Assembly: GCA_021323675.1 (NCBI GenBank)
Contig: JAJPKP010000061.1
Coordinates: 11,955-75,954 of the forward strand
DNA: 64,000 bases
Direction of reading: 5' to 3'
Source of the DNA: Pseudomonadota bacterium
GTDB lineage: Bacteria > Desulfobacterota > Binatia > Binatales > Binataceae
Positions 9,045 through 18,444 of the stretch are shown here, piece after piece. The translations under genes were made by a program, and so were the position numbers. How positions within the stretch are numbered: position 1 is the stretch's first letter; every line of letters starts with the position of its first letter. The notes under the pieces are model-generated. The model saw only the letters and a list, made by a program, of their open reading frames with translations, was not told where the DNA came from and searched no databases.

Positions 9045-10796
9045 ATGAGCAGCACGGCAGCGGTTGCGGTTCACGGCGCCCACGGCGAGCATCACGAGCT
9101 CAGCTTCTGGCGCACTTACATCTTTTCCGAGGACCACAAGATGATCGGGCGCCAGTTCCTGTTCGTGGCGCTCTTCATGATGTCGATCGGCGGTCTGATG
9201 GCGATGCTGATGCGGCTGGATTTGGCGTGGCCGGACACGCAGTTCAGTTTCCTCAAGATCCTGCCGCAGTCGTTGCAGCAGGACAGCGCCATCACCGCCA
9301 ACACCTACAACGCCGAGTTCACGATGCACGCCACGATCATGATCTTCTTCGTGGTGATGCCGATCCTGGTGGGATGCTTCGGCAACTTCCTGATTCCGCT
9401 GATGATCGGCGCGCGCGACATGGCCTTTCCCAAGCTGAACATGCTCTCGTTCTGGGTCAGCGCGGTCGCGGGCGTAATCATGATGTCGTCGTTCTGGGTG
9501 CCGGGCGGGCCGGCGGCGGCGGGATGGACTTCCTATGCGCCGCTGAGCGCGGTGCCGCTCTACACCGGTGTCGATTGGGGGCAAAACCTCTGGTGCATCA
9601 GCATCATCGTGCTTGGGGTGGGGTCGCTGATGGGTTCGATAAACTACATCACGACCATCATCAACATGCGCACGAAGGGGATGACCTTCTTTCGGCTGCC
9701 GCTGGTGATATGGTCGCTCTTCATCACGGCAATCCTGCTGTTGCTCGCGCTGCCGGTCCTTACCACCGCGCTTGCGCTGCTCTTGTTCGACCGGATGGCG
9801 GGGACGCACTTTTTCCTGCCCGCGGGCGGCGGCGAACCGCTCCTATGGCAGCATCTGTTCTGGTTCTTCGGGCATCCCGAGGTTTACATCATGATCCTGC
9901 CCGGGATGGGCATCGCGTCGGAGTTGATCGCGACGTTCTCGCGCAAGCCGATTTTCGGTTACCGGGCGATGGCTTATGCGATGGCGGCGATTGCGTTTCT
10001 GTCATGGATCGTCTGGGGCCATCACATGTTTCAGTCGGGGATGGATCCGGCGCTGGGGCAGGGCTTTATGCTGACGACGATGGTTATCGCGGTGCCGTCG
10101 GCAATTAAGACCTTCAACTGGCTCGGCACGCTGTATAAGGGCGATATTCACTATACATCAGCGATGCTTAATGCGCTGTCGTTCGTGGCGATGTTCGTAA
10201 TCGGTGGATTGTCGGGCATTTTCATGGCCTGCACCCCGGTCGACATGTACATCCACGACACCTACTTCATCGTCGCTCACATCCACTATGTGCTGTTTGG
10301 CGGCAGTCTGTTCGCGGTCTTCGGGGGGATCGTTTACTGGTTTCCGAAGATGTTCGGACGTATGATGAATGAAACGCTAGCAAAGGTTCACTTCTGGATT
10401 ACGTTCGTTGCGTTCAACTGCACATTCTTTCCGATGCACATCCTTGGGATGGGCGGTCACATGCGCCGCATCTACAATCCGACGCAGTATGACTTTCTGA
10501 AGCCGCTCGAACCGGTCAACATGTTCATCTCGATCAGTGCTTTTGTGCTCGGCGCTGCGCAGTTCCTTCTGCTGGCGAACATGATCTGGAGCTATTACAA
10601 GGGCGAGAAGGCCACCGAAAATCCGTGGCATGCGAATACGCTCGAATGGAGCGCGCCGTCGCCTCCGGGACACGGCAACTGGCCGGGACCGGTGCCCGTG
10701 GTTTATCGCGGTCCGTACGAGTACAGCTCGCCCGAGTCGGCGGAGGATTACCTGCCGCAATGGCAGCCCGTGGAGCACGCGACGGCGGCCGATTGA
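9045..10796 (+). CDS. coxA: Cytochrome c oxidase subunit I, A1 type
   Basis: WFFGHPEVY, WGHHMF, HDTYFIVAHIHY. Confidence 0.97.
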   Translation: MSSTAAVAVHGAHGEHHELSFWRTYIFSEDHKMIGRQFLFVALFMMSIGGLMAMLMRLDLAWPDTQFSFLKILPQSLQQDSAITANTYNAEFTMHATIMIFFVVMPILVGCFGNFLIPLMIGARDMAFPKLNMLSFWVSAVAGVIMMSSFWVPGGPAAAGWTSYAPLSAVPLYTGVDWGQNLWCISIIVLGVGSLMGSINYITTIINMRTKGMTFFRLPLVIWSLFITAILLLLALPVLTTALALLLFDRMAGTHFFLPAGGGEPLLWQHLFWFFGHPEVYIMILPGMGIASELIATFSRKPIFGYRAMAYAMAAIAFLSWIVWGHHMFQSGMDPALGQGFMLTTMVIAVPSAIKTFNWLGTLYKGDIHYTSAMLNALSFVAMFVIGGLSGIFMACTPVDMYIHDTYFIVAHIHYVLFGGSLFAVFGGIVYWFPKMFGRMMNETLAKVHFWITFVAFNCTFFPMHILGMGGHMRRIYNPTQYDFLKPLEPVNMFISISAFVLGAAQFLLLANMIWSYYKGEKATENPWHANTLEWSAPSPPGHGNWPGPVPVVYRGPYEYSSPESAEDYLPQWQPVEHATAAD

Positions 10797-10816
10797 GGGC
10801 AGGTTCGTAGTAAAGG

Positions 10817-11803
10817 ATGGTTCAGAACCGGATTGCCGGCAGCGACAACGCCGCGCTCCATCGCTTCGCGATGTTCGCGGTGATTGCCACGTTCTGCCTG
10901 ATTTTTGTTGGCGGGCTGGTCACCTCGACCGGATCGGCGCTTGCCGTTCCTGACTGGCCGCTCGCGTTCGGCAAGCTGATCCCGGCCTGGCAAGGCGGAA
11001 TTCGCTTCGAATTCGGCCATCGCGTGGTCGCGGGCTTTGTCGTAATTGTCACGCTCATCCTCACGGCATGGGCGATGCGCGTGGAGCGGCGCAGATGGGT
11101 CCGCAATACGGCTCTGGCCGCCTTCGGCCTGATTATCGTCCAGGCAGTGCTGGGCGGTATCACCGTGTTGTTCGAATTGCCGCTTGCAATCGCGGTCACG
11201 CACGCGGCCACCGCGCAGGCGTTTTTCTGCGTGATGGTGTCGATTGCGATTTTCACCAATCCGCGATGGGAGCGTACGGTAAGACGCGAGGAACGCGAGG
11301 CGCATCCTCCGCTTGCAATTCTGGCCATAATCACCACCGCCGCGGTTTACCTTCAGATCCTGGTCGGCGCTCTGATGCGGCATCTGGGCGCGGGACTGGC
11401 CATCCCCGATTTTCCGCTGGCTTTCGGCCAGATCCTCCCGCCCTACTGGAACGAGTTCATCGCGGTAAATTTCGCGCATCGTATCGGAGCCGTAGTGGTC
11501 TCGGTGCTGGTCATCTGGACCGTAATCCGGGTGTTAAGGTTCCATCGGGAGGAAGCGCAATTGCGCCGCCCCGCGCTGGGACTGATCCTGCTGCTTGCGC
11601 TGCAGGTGTCGCTGGGCGCGCTGACGATCTGGAGCGGGCGCGCCGTGCTTCCCACCACCAGCCACGTCGCGGTCGGTGCGGCCGTGCTTGCCACCAGCCT
11701 TACACTGACCATCCGGTCCTGGCATCTCTTCGGGGTGCCGGGGCGCCGTGATGTTCTTCACGCGCAGGGTAACAACCTGGTCGCGCGCCGAGTGTCAGCA
11801 TGA
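10817..11803 (+). CDS. ctaA: Heme A synthase (COX15/CtaA)
   Basis: PDWP, EFGHR, NFAHR, 8 TM helices; within the cox operon. Confidence 0.88.
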   Translation: MVQNRIAGSDNAALHRFAMFAVIATFCLIFVGGLVTSTGSALAVPDWPLAFGKLIPAWQGGIRFEFGHRVVAGFVVIVTLILTAWAMRVERRRWVRNTALAAFGLIIVQAVLGGITVLFELPLAIAVTHAATAQAFFCVMVSIAIFTNPRWERTVRREEREAHPPLAILAIITTAAVYLQILVGALMRHLGAGLAIPDFPLAFGQILPPYWNEFIAVNFAHRIGAVVVSVLVIWTVIRVLRFHREEAQLRRPALGLILLLALQVSLGALTIWSGRAVLPTTSHVAVGAAVLATSLTLTIRSWHLFGVPGRRDVLHAQGNNLVARRVSA

Positions 11804-12702
11804 GCGTCAAGGCTGAGGTGGCAAGTTCTGAAGCGATCGCGTGGCGCGCCAAGGCTTACGCCTATTTCGAGCTCACGAAGCCTCGCGTCGTAACGATGGT
11901 GCTGGTGACGACGCTGGCAGGCTTTTATCTTGCTGCGCCCGGCGGACTCGATCTGGCGCTCGCCATCAACCTGCTGGCCGGCACGGCGCTCGCGGCGGCC
12001 GGTACTCTTGCGCTCAATCAATACATGGAGCGGGACACGGATGCGCTGATGCTTCGCACGCGCCATCGCCCGCTTCCAGACGGCAGGCTGCGGCCGCTTG
12101 AAGCGCTGATATTCGGGCTTGCGGCGACCGCGGCGGGGCTTGGCTACCTGGCGGTCTCGACCAACTGGCTCTGCACGGCGATAACCGCCGCGATAACGGT
12201 TATCTATCTGTTCGCGTACACCCCGCTTAAACGCGTGACGTGGGCCTGCGACATCGTCGGCGCGATACCCGGCGCGCTGCCGCCGGTGGCGGGATGGGCG
12301 GCGGTGCGCGGGACGGTTGCGCTGCAGCCGATGGTGATGTTCGCGATCATGTTTCTGTGGCAACTGCCGCATACGTTCGCGGTGGCGCGCCTCTATCGCG
12401 ACGATTACCGCCGCGCCGGCATCAAGCTGCTTCCGGAAGACGCGCGATGGGGCAATCCGTCGGACATCGTGGTGATCGCCGCGTGCATCGCGCTCATCGT
12501 GGTCGGTATCGCGCCCACCCTGATGGGCGTCGCGGGGACACCGTACCTGGTGGTCGCGGCGGTGTTGAGCGCCGGGATGCTGGGTTTCGGGATCGCGATG
12601 GTTTCGGCGCCTGACGAGCCGCATCCCGCGCGACGGCTGCTGTTCGCATCGCTGGTTTACCTGCCGATCGTGCTGCTGATGATGGTGGTGGACAAGCTCT
12701 GA
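11800..12702 (+). CDS. cyoE: Protoheme IX farnesyltransferase (heme O synthase)
   Basis: LTKPRV, NQYMERDTDALMLRTRHRPLP, YTPLKR, WQLPH. Confidence 0.93.
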   Translation: MSVKAEVASSEAIAWRAKAYAYFELTKPRVVTMVLVTTLAGFYLAAPGGLDLALAINLLAGTALAAAGTLALNQYMERDTDALMLRTRHRPLPDGRLRPLEALIFGLAATAAGLGYLAVSTNWLCTAITAAITVIYLFAYTPLKRVTWACDIVGAIPGALPPVAGWAAVRGTVALQPMVMFAIMFLWQLPHTFAVARLYRDDYRRAGIKLLPEDARWGNPSDIVVIAACIALIVVGIAPTLMGVAGTPYLVVAAVLSAGMLGFGIAMVSAPDEPHPARRLLFASLVYLPIVLLMMVVDKL

Positions 12703-12713
12703 GGATTGACGCG

Positions 12714-12854
12714 ATGGAACCGCTGGTGAGCCGCCATGAAGTCCGGGATGAGAACCGCCGGGTTCTCAAGATCCTCATCGGCGTCATGGTGTTCCTGGTG
12801 ATGGTCTCGGTCGTAACGATCATGGCGAAACACGGAGGATTGAGACTCCCATGA
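12714..12854 (+). CDS. Small single-TM protein (46 aa), below the ORF-track cutoff
   Basis: MEPLVSRHEVRDENRRVLKILIGVMVFLVMVSVVTIMAKHGGLRLP; GAGGA RBS; stop overlaps the next ATG (ATGA at 12851-12854). Confidence 0.7.
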   Translation: MEPLVSRHEVRDENRRVLKILIGVMVFLVMVSVVTIMAKHGGLRLP

Positions 12855-13492
12855 CGGCGACGACCGCAAAGGTTCGCCCGATCCTTGCCGCGCAGCGCAG
12901 AGGCGGATATCGCGACGGGGGCGGCGACGAACGCGAACAGCAATTCATTCCGAGCGGCCTGCTCGCGGTGCTGATGCTGATTGCGTCGGAGATGATGCTG
13001 TTCAGCGGACTGATCGGGTCGTTCCTGATTTTCCGGATGTCGGCGCCGTTCTGGCCTCCGCCCTCGCTGCCGCACCTGCCGATCCAGGTGACGTGGGTGA
13101 ACACGTTCGTGCTGCTTGGGAGCGCGGGGACGATGTATCTGGCGGTGCGAGCGGTTCATCAGAACCGCCAGCGCCTGCTGCGCCAATGGCTCGTCGTTAC
13201 GCTGGTGCTGGGAGTTCTGTTTCTCGGCATACAGGGCTCTGAATGGGTGCGGCTGGTCGCGCACGGGCTGACGCTCCGCAGCGGAAACTATGGCGGGACG
13301 TTTTATGTGCTGATTGGATGCCACGGGGCGCACGTGACCGCGGCGGTAATCTGGCTTGCCGCGGTTACGGCGGTGGCGGTTCGCGGCCGTTACAACGCCC
13401 GCAACGCGGCGGGCGTCGAACGAATCGCCGCATACTGGTACTTCGTATGCGCGATCTGGCCGGTTCTGTTCGTGCTGGTCTACCTGATGTAG
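12851..13492 (+). CDS. Cytochrome c oxidase subunit III-like protein (paralogue 1)
   Basis: ASEMMLFSGL, NTFVLLGS, FYVLIGCHGAHV, YWYFV. Confidence 0.88.
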   Translation: MTATTAKVRPILAAQRRGGYRDGGGDEREQQFIPSGLLAVLMLIASEMMLFSGLIGSFLIFRMSAPFWPPPSLPHLPIQVTWVNTFVLLGSAGTMYLAVRAVHQNRQRLLRQWLVVTLVLGVLFLGIQGSEWVRLVAHGLTLRSGNYGGTFYVLIGCHGAHVTAAVIWLAAVTAVAVRGRYNARNAAGVERIAAYWYFVCAIWPVLFVLVYLM

Positions 13493-13512
13493 GCCGCAGG
13501 GGGATCGAAGCG

Positions 13513-13776
13513 ATGGAGAACAGGCGAGTGAAACTGATTGGCGCGGCGATGGGGGCGGCGATGATCGCCGCGGCGCCGCGGCTTGCGAATGCATGCGCGA
13601 TGTGCGGATTGCCGCCGGGCGACACCGCCGGCCACGCGTACAACGCGAGCGTGTTGTTCATGCTCGCCGGTCCGTATTTCACCGTTTTGGCGATCGGTGG
13701 AATCGTGTTCGCGGCCTGGAAACGCGCGCAGCGCAAGGCTCAGACGAATTCGGTTTCGTCCGTGGTGCGAAGGTAG
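13513..13776 (+). CDS. Small membrane protein with signal peptide, CxxC (ACAMC) and one TM helix
   Basis: True start MENRRVKL at 13513 inside the track ORF 13243..13776; ANA-CAMC just after the predicted cleavage site. Confidence 0.7.
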   Translation: MENRRVKLIGAAMGAAMIAAAPRLANACAMCGLPPGDTAGHAYNASVLFMLAGPYFTVLAIGGIVFAAWKRAQRKAQTNSVSSVVRR

Positions 13777-13956
13777 CCCGGGGGCCGCTGATGAGGTTAA
13801 TCAGGGGGCGAAGCGTGCGGTCCGCCCGCGCGGCGGAACGCGGCATCGTGATGCGCGAGAGCCGGGGGTTTTGAAGGCTTCGCCCGCCGATGTTTTTTCA
13901 TGTCAGGAGTTGGTTGACCGGAAGTTCACGAAACGTTCTTCGACGGGGAGACGAAG

Positions 13957-14577
13957 ATGAGTGAGGCTGCGGCAGCAGAAGTTCATGGACATGGAGCGGT
14001 AGCGGATCAGTACGAGCCGTCATTAACGCCGGGCAATTCCGGCAAGCTCGGGATGTGGACGTTCCTGGCGGGCGACGCGATGACGTTCGGCGCCGGCATC
14101 GCCGCCTACGGGGCGCTTCGCTATCAAAACGTCAATTGGCCCGACCCGGCGGATTGGCTCGGAATTTCGCTGACCGCGGTCATGACCTTCATCCTGATTT
14201 GTTCGAGCGTGACGATGGTCGAGGCGCTGTCTGGAATCACGCACGGCAATATCGCGAAGATGCAGCGTTTCCTGGGGCTTACGGTGCTCGGAGGAATCGC
14301 GTTTTTGGGATGCCAGGCTTACGAGTGGCATCACCTGATCTGGGGAGAGCATCTATCGATCAAGACCAGCCTGTTCAGCGCCACTTTCTTCATCCTGACC
14401 GGCTTTCACGGGCTTCACGTCACGGGCGGCGTGATCTACCTGGGCACGCTGCTGATGCATTCGTTCCAGCGCGCCTACACGGTTGCGGACGCAAAGCTGA
14501 TCGAGATTGCCGGCTTGTACTGGCACTTTGTCGATCTGGTGTGGATTTTGATCTTCACCTTTGTCTATCTGATCTAG
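13957..14577 (+). CDS. ctaE: Cytochrome c oxidase subunit III (paralogue 2)
   Basis: KLGMWTFLAGD, TGFHGLHV, LYWHFVDLVW. Confidence 0.92.
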   Translation: MSEAAAAEVHGHGAVADQYEPSLTPGNSGKLGMWTFLAGDAMTFGAGIAAYGALRYQNVNWPDPADWLGISLTAVMTFILICSSVTMVEALSGITHGNIAKMQRFLGLTVLGGIAFLGCQAYEWHHLIWGEHLSIKTSLFSATFFILTGFHGLHVTGGVIYLGTLLMHSFQRAYTVADAKLIEIAGLYWHFVDLVWILIFTFVYLI

Positions 14578-14614
14578 CGGCGCGCAGCGGGCAAGAGGGA
14601 GGAGCGATAGGACG

Positions 14615-15004
14615 ATGGCAACCGAGGTTTCCGGACATGAGGCTCACGCCGAGCCCAACTACATCGCAATCTTCATCTACCTGGCGATTCTGACCGGCGT
14701 GGAATTGCTCGTATACGCGATGAATTTTCCCACGGTGTTGAAGATCGGCCTGCTGGTCGCGCTGGCGATCGCGAAGGCGACCCTGGTCGCGATGTATTTC
14801 ATGCATCTGGCGATCGAGCGCAAAGGCCTTTGGGTGATCGCGGCCACTCCGATGGTGCTGGTCGCGTTTTGCTACCTGATGCTGCGGCCTGACCTGAGCT
14901 CCCGAGCGTGGACTCATCAGCGCCACCCCGAGGAACAAGTCGGAGTACATGAGAGCGCGGAAAGCGCTCCCCCGGTATCGCAGCCGGCCGCTCCGCAGTC
15001 TTAG
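14615..15004 (+). CDS. Cytochrome c oxidase subunit IV family protein
   Basis: LTGVE, AKATLVAMYFMHL motif; 3 TM helices. Confidence 0.88.
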   Translation: MATEVSGHEAHAEPNYIAIFIYLAILTGVELLVYAMNFPTVLKIGLLVALAIAKATLVAMYFMHLAIERKGLWVIAATPMVLVAFCYLMLRPDLSSRAWTHQRHPEEQVGVHESAESAPPVSQPAAPQS

Positions 15005-15008
15005 CGGC

Positions 15009-15038
15009 GGAACTCCCTTCGCGGCGGGGAGTTCCTTT
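15009..15038 (+). terminator. Hairpin after subunit IV, possible terminator
   Basis: GGAACTCCC...GGGAGTTCC followed by TTT. Confidence 0.5.
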
Positions 15039-15145
15039 GCGGCTCGCCGCGCCATTTACGGGTTTACGGTCTCCAATCGCCAGGGCACCAGCCCAAGGGT
15101 CTCTTCGCTTGGTGCCTTGGTTCGTCTGTGGTTAATTGTCCCCCG

Positions 15146-15577
15146 ATGTTTTACTCAGCGCTCTCACCTCTAAACGCCATCCTGAACGGCACCGCGACGA
15201 TTCTGCTCATCGCAGGATTTATCTTCATCAAGCGCAGGCAGGTCGCGGCGCATCGCGCGTGCATGATCGCCGCGCTGATCGTCTCGGCGATATTCCTGGT
15301 CTCGTACCTCGTCTATCACTACCACGTGGGCGAGGTTCGCTTCGGCGGCACCGGATGGGTTCGGCCGGTCTATTTCGCGATCCTGATCCCACACATCATG
15401 CTGGCGGGCGTGATCGTTCCGCTCGCGCTGATCACTTTGTATTTCGCCCTGAAAGGGCGCTTCGCGACGCATCGGAAGGTCGCGCGATGGACGTGGCCGC
15501 TGTGGATCTACGTCTCGATCACCGGCGTGATCATCTACTTCATGCTGTATCAGCTTTATACGCCGATCATGCCGTAA
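15146..15577 (+). CDS. DUF420 family membrane protein (CtaM-like oxidase assembly factor)
   Basis: LNAILN, HRACM, FLVSYLVYH, HRKVARWTWPLWIYVSITG. Confidence 0.9.
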   Translation: MFYSALSPLNAILNGTATILLIAGFIFIKRRQVAAHRACMIAALIVSAIFLVSYLVYHYHVGEVRFGGTGWVRPVYFAILIPHIMLAGVIVPLALITLYFALKGRFATHRKVARWTWPLWIYVSITGVIIYFMLYQLYTPIMP

Positions 15578-15689
15578 GCCGGCGTTCGTCAGCTCAGAAA
15601 ATGGGAAGGGGTGGAGTGGTGTCGCGGCGCTGGCTCGATATCCAGGCGCCGCGACACGCGGAAAAGCGATGCTTACCCGGCTTCGGCGC

Positions 15690-16298
15690 TTACGCCTTGG
15701 CGCTCGGGCGGCTCGAGACCTCCTGATGCCATCGCGCCAGGTTCTTTTGGCCGTCCTGGATCCTGATGCCGGTGACGCGCCCGAAGTCGATGCCGATGAG
15801 CGCGGTGATGTCGGCGATCGTAAAACGATCACCGGCGACGAATTTCCGGTTCGCGAGCTCACCATCGAGCCATTCGAGCCGCTTGATCGCCGCGTTTTTG
15901 CAAATCTCCCCGTAGTCCGGCGACTGGGGAATCCGCCCCTTGAAAAACTCGCTGGTGTTACGGAAGGCGCCGGCCGTCATAGCGAGGACCTCGAACTCCA
16001 TGCGCCGGTTCCACATCTCGATGACGGCCTTTTCTTTGGCGTCTTTGCCCATCAGGTTGGGTTCCGGATGCAGTTCCTCGAAGTACCTGCAGATCGCGAC
16101 CGACTCGGCGATAAAGGTGCCGTCGTCGAGTTCGAGCACCGGCAGACCGCCCATCGGGTTTTTCTTCAGAAACTCGGGCTTGCGATTGTCGCCGGCCGCG
16201 ATGTTGACCTGCTCGTAAGGGACCGTAATTCCCTTTTCGGCAAGGAACACGCGCACGCGGCGCGGATTGGGAGCCTGGGTGAAATCATAGATTTTCAT
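15690..16298 (-). CDS. Glutathione S-transferase family protein
   Basis: APNPRRVRVFLAEKG, NPMGGLPVL, ESVAICRY, FTIADI. Confidence 0.92.
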   Translation of the reverse strand: MKIYDFTQAPNPRRVRVFLAEKGITVPYEQVNIAAGDNRKPEFLKKNPMGGLPVLELDDGTFIAESVAICRYFEELHPEPNLMGKDAKEKAVIEMWNRRMEFEVLAMTAGAFRNTSEFFKGRIPQSPDYGEICKNAAIKRLEWLDGELANRKFVAGDRFTIADITALIGIDFGRVTGIRIQDGQKNLARWHQEVSSRPSAKA

Positions 16299-16359
16299 AA
16301 TGGTTGCAATTTAAAACTGACATTGCGGGAACGTCAAGGGTTGGCGCGCGCCTCGCAAG

Positions 16360-17826
16360 CTACAGGGTGTGGCGACGATCGATAACGCGGCGTGCCTTGA
16401 ACTCGGTGCGCGGCAATGTGCCGGGCGGCTCGATCCGGATTTGCGGTCGCAGCTCGCATTTGCGAATCACTTCGGCTTCAAGCCGGCGCGACACTTCGGT
16501 CCGCGCGCCGTCATCCAGATGGACCCGCGTTTCCGCCACGATCGTGAACGCATCGAGCACTCCGTCGGTTTCGAGCACGATTTGGAATTCATCGTCGAGA
16601 CTCTCGATGCCGCGAACGATTTCCTCGATGACGCTGGGAAACAGTTTCAATCCGCGAATATTGAGCATGTCGTCGGCGCGCCCGCTGAATCCGCCCACCG
16701 CGCGCGCAAACGTCCGCCCGCAAACGCATCGCGAGGTGTCGAAGCTGGTGAAGTCTCCCACCAGGAAGCGCAACTGGGGCGATCCTTCCGAGTTGAGATT
16801 GGTAACGACGGTGAGGCCGCGTTCACCCGGCGCAACCGGTTCCATCGTTTCGGGATCGACCAGTTCCCAGATTTGCAAATCCTCCTGCACATGGGTTGAA
16901 ACCGGGCTCGACGCGAGTCCTTCGTGGCAGGTGTATGCCCATCCACCCGGCACCGCTTCGGTGCATCCGTAAACATCGTGCATCTCCGAGTCCCACGCGT
17001 CCTCGATTCGCCGGCGGGTGGAAGGGATACCGGATGCGGCCTCGCCGCCGCAGATGATCATCCGTATCGAACTGGCGCGCGGATCGATTCCCGCTCGGCG
17101 CATCGCGCCGGCCAGATGCAGAGCGTATGAAGGCGTGGCGGCCAGAATGGTTGGGCGGTAAAGGTCGATCATCGCGAGCCGGCGTTCAGTCGGAACGCCC
17201 CCCGGTACCACCGCGACCTTCATCAGATTGAAAGCGTAATGCAGCGACCAGAAGAAAACGTGCGGGTTATAGTTGGTGCAGGTGAGGGCAGTGTCTCCCG
17301 CCCGCACTCCCATCGCGTACAGCGCCCGCGCGCTGGTGATGGCCCACAGCCGCGCGTCGGTCTGCGTGTAGCGAAAGGATCGTGGAATCGCGGTGGTGCC
17401 GGACGTCGAAAACACCATCCATCCCCGCTCGCGCCAGACCTTGTCGCTGACAGGCGTGTAGGTTCCCCACGGGCGATTCTCGGCCACATCGGCTGCCATT
17501 GCGTCCTTGGTCATCACGGGGAATTTCGGGAGGTCGGCGACCGAGCGGATGTCGGCGGGAGTGAGCTTCGAGGCGCGAAAGCGCTCGCGGTAGAAGGGGC
17601 TCTCCTCGTACAAATAGGGCACCATCGCGCGCAACTTCTCTTGCTGTATCGCCAGGATTCGGCTGCGCGATGCGGTTTCCAGAGCCGGTGCCCAGATACG
17701 CTCCGACTTGGGAGTTTCGATACTTTTGGAAAACCGGTCCAACACCGCCAGCCATCGCTCGCGTGCGGTCAGGCGCTTCACGCGCCGCAATTTCGTTGGC
17801 AACTCTCTTCGCTTCGTCTGAGCCAT
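16360..17826 (-). CDS. Phenylacetate-CoA ligase (PaaK)-like AMP-binding enzyme
   Basis: STSGTT, ATPSYALHL, VYGCTE, GRADDML, LPRTEFKARRVID. Confidence 0.85.
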   Translation of the reverse strand: MAQTKRRELPTKLRRVKRLTARERWLAVLDRFSKSIETPKSERIWAPALETASRSRILAIQQEKLRAMVPYLYEESPFYRERFRASKLTPADIRSVADLPKFPVMTKDAMAADVAENRPWGTYTPVSDKVWRERGWMVFSTSGTTAIPRSFRYTQTDARLWAITSARALYAMGVRAGDTALTCTNYNPHVFFWSLHYAFNLMKVAVVPGGVPTERRLAMIDLYRPTILAATPSYALHLAGAMRRAGIDPRASSIRMIICGGEAASGIPSTRRRIEDAWDSEMHDVYGCTEAVPGGWAYTCHEGLASSPVSTHVQEDLQIWELVDPETMEPVAPGERGLTVVTNLNSEGSPQLRFLVGDFTSFDTSRCVCGRTFARAVGGFSGRADDMLNIRGLKLFPSVIEEIVRGIESLDDEFQIVLETDGVLDAFTIVAETRVHLDDGARTEVSRRLEAEVIRKCELRPQIRIEPPGTLPRTEFKARRVIDRRHTL

Positions 17827-17999
17827 CGTAACCAGGCAACCGTCCAATCAAGGCGGCCAAACCGCCCAAGCATAGCTCGCGCATTCTAGCAGGGTGGGCG
17901 TGAAAGTCGGCATTCGGGAAATCGTCCGAGGCTTGGGATGCCGCCCGCTTGTCGGGCCGCGGATGCGCGGGACGGCCGCTCATGATACGCATGCTTTTC

Positions 18000-18317
18000 A
18001 TGAGCACGGCAAGGGTGACGATGATCTCAGTCCTGCATATTCATCAGGGACGCGAGGCGGAATTCGAGCAATTCGAAACGGAGGCGGCGCGAATCATGGC
18101 GCGGTATGGCGGCGCGATCGACCGCCGCATCCGCGTCGCGCCCGCCGACGGCCAGGACCTGCCGTACGAGGTCCATATCGTAAGTTTTCCGGACGATCGT
18201 TCGTTTCGAGAGTACCGCCGCGATTCGGACTTGCAGGCGCTCGCCGCTCTTCGATCGCGCGCGATTAGGGAAACGGTAATCTGGTCCGGAACCGATCTTC
18301 CGGGCTTCCGGGTCTGA
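18000..18317 (+). CDS. Small dimeric alpha/beta-barrel (DUF1330-like) protein
   Basis: FEQFETEAARIMARYGG, EVHIVSFPD...YRRD pattern. Confidence 0.6.
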   Translation: MSTARVTMISVLHIHQGREAEFEQFETEAARIMARYGGAIDRRIRVAPADGQDLPYEVHIVSFPDDRSFREYRRDSDLQALAALRSRAIRETVIWSGTDLPGFRV

Positions 18318-18384
18318 GGCGGAATCGTCGGCCTTCGGGTGAGTGCAATGGCGGCAGTGAGCGCGCCGCCTCACGGGAAGCGCC

Positions 18385-18417
18385 AAAAAAAGGCGAGGGC
18401 CCGCAAGACCCTCGCCT
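18385..18417 (-). terminator. Intrinsic terminator of the TetR-LLM-hydrolase operon
   Basis: AGGCGAGGG/CCCTCGCCT stem preceded by A7 on + (U7 on -). Confidence 0.8.
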
Positions 18418-18444
18418 GTCAGACCGGCAGAGTATGCGGTCTTT

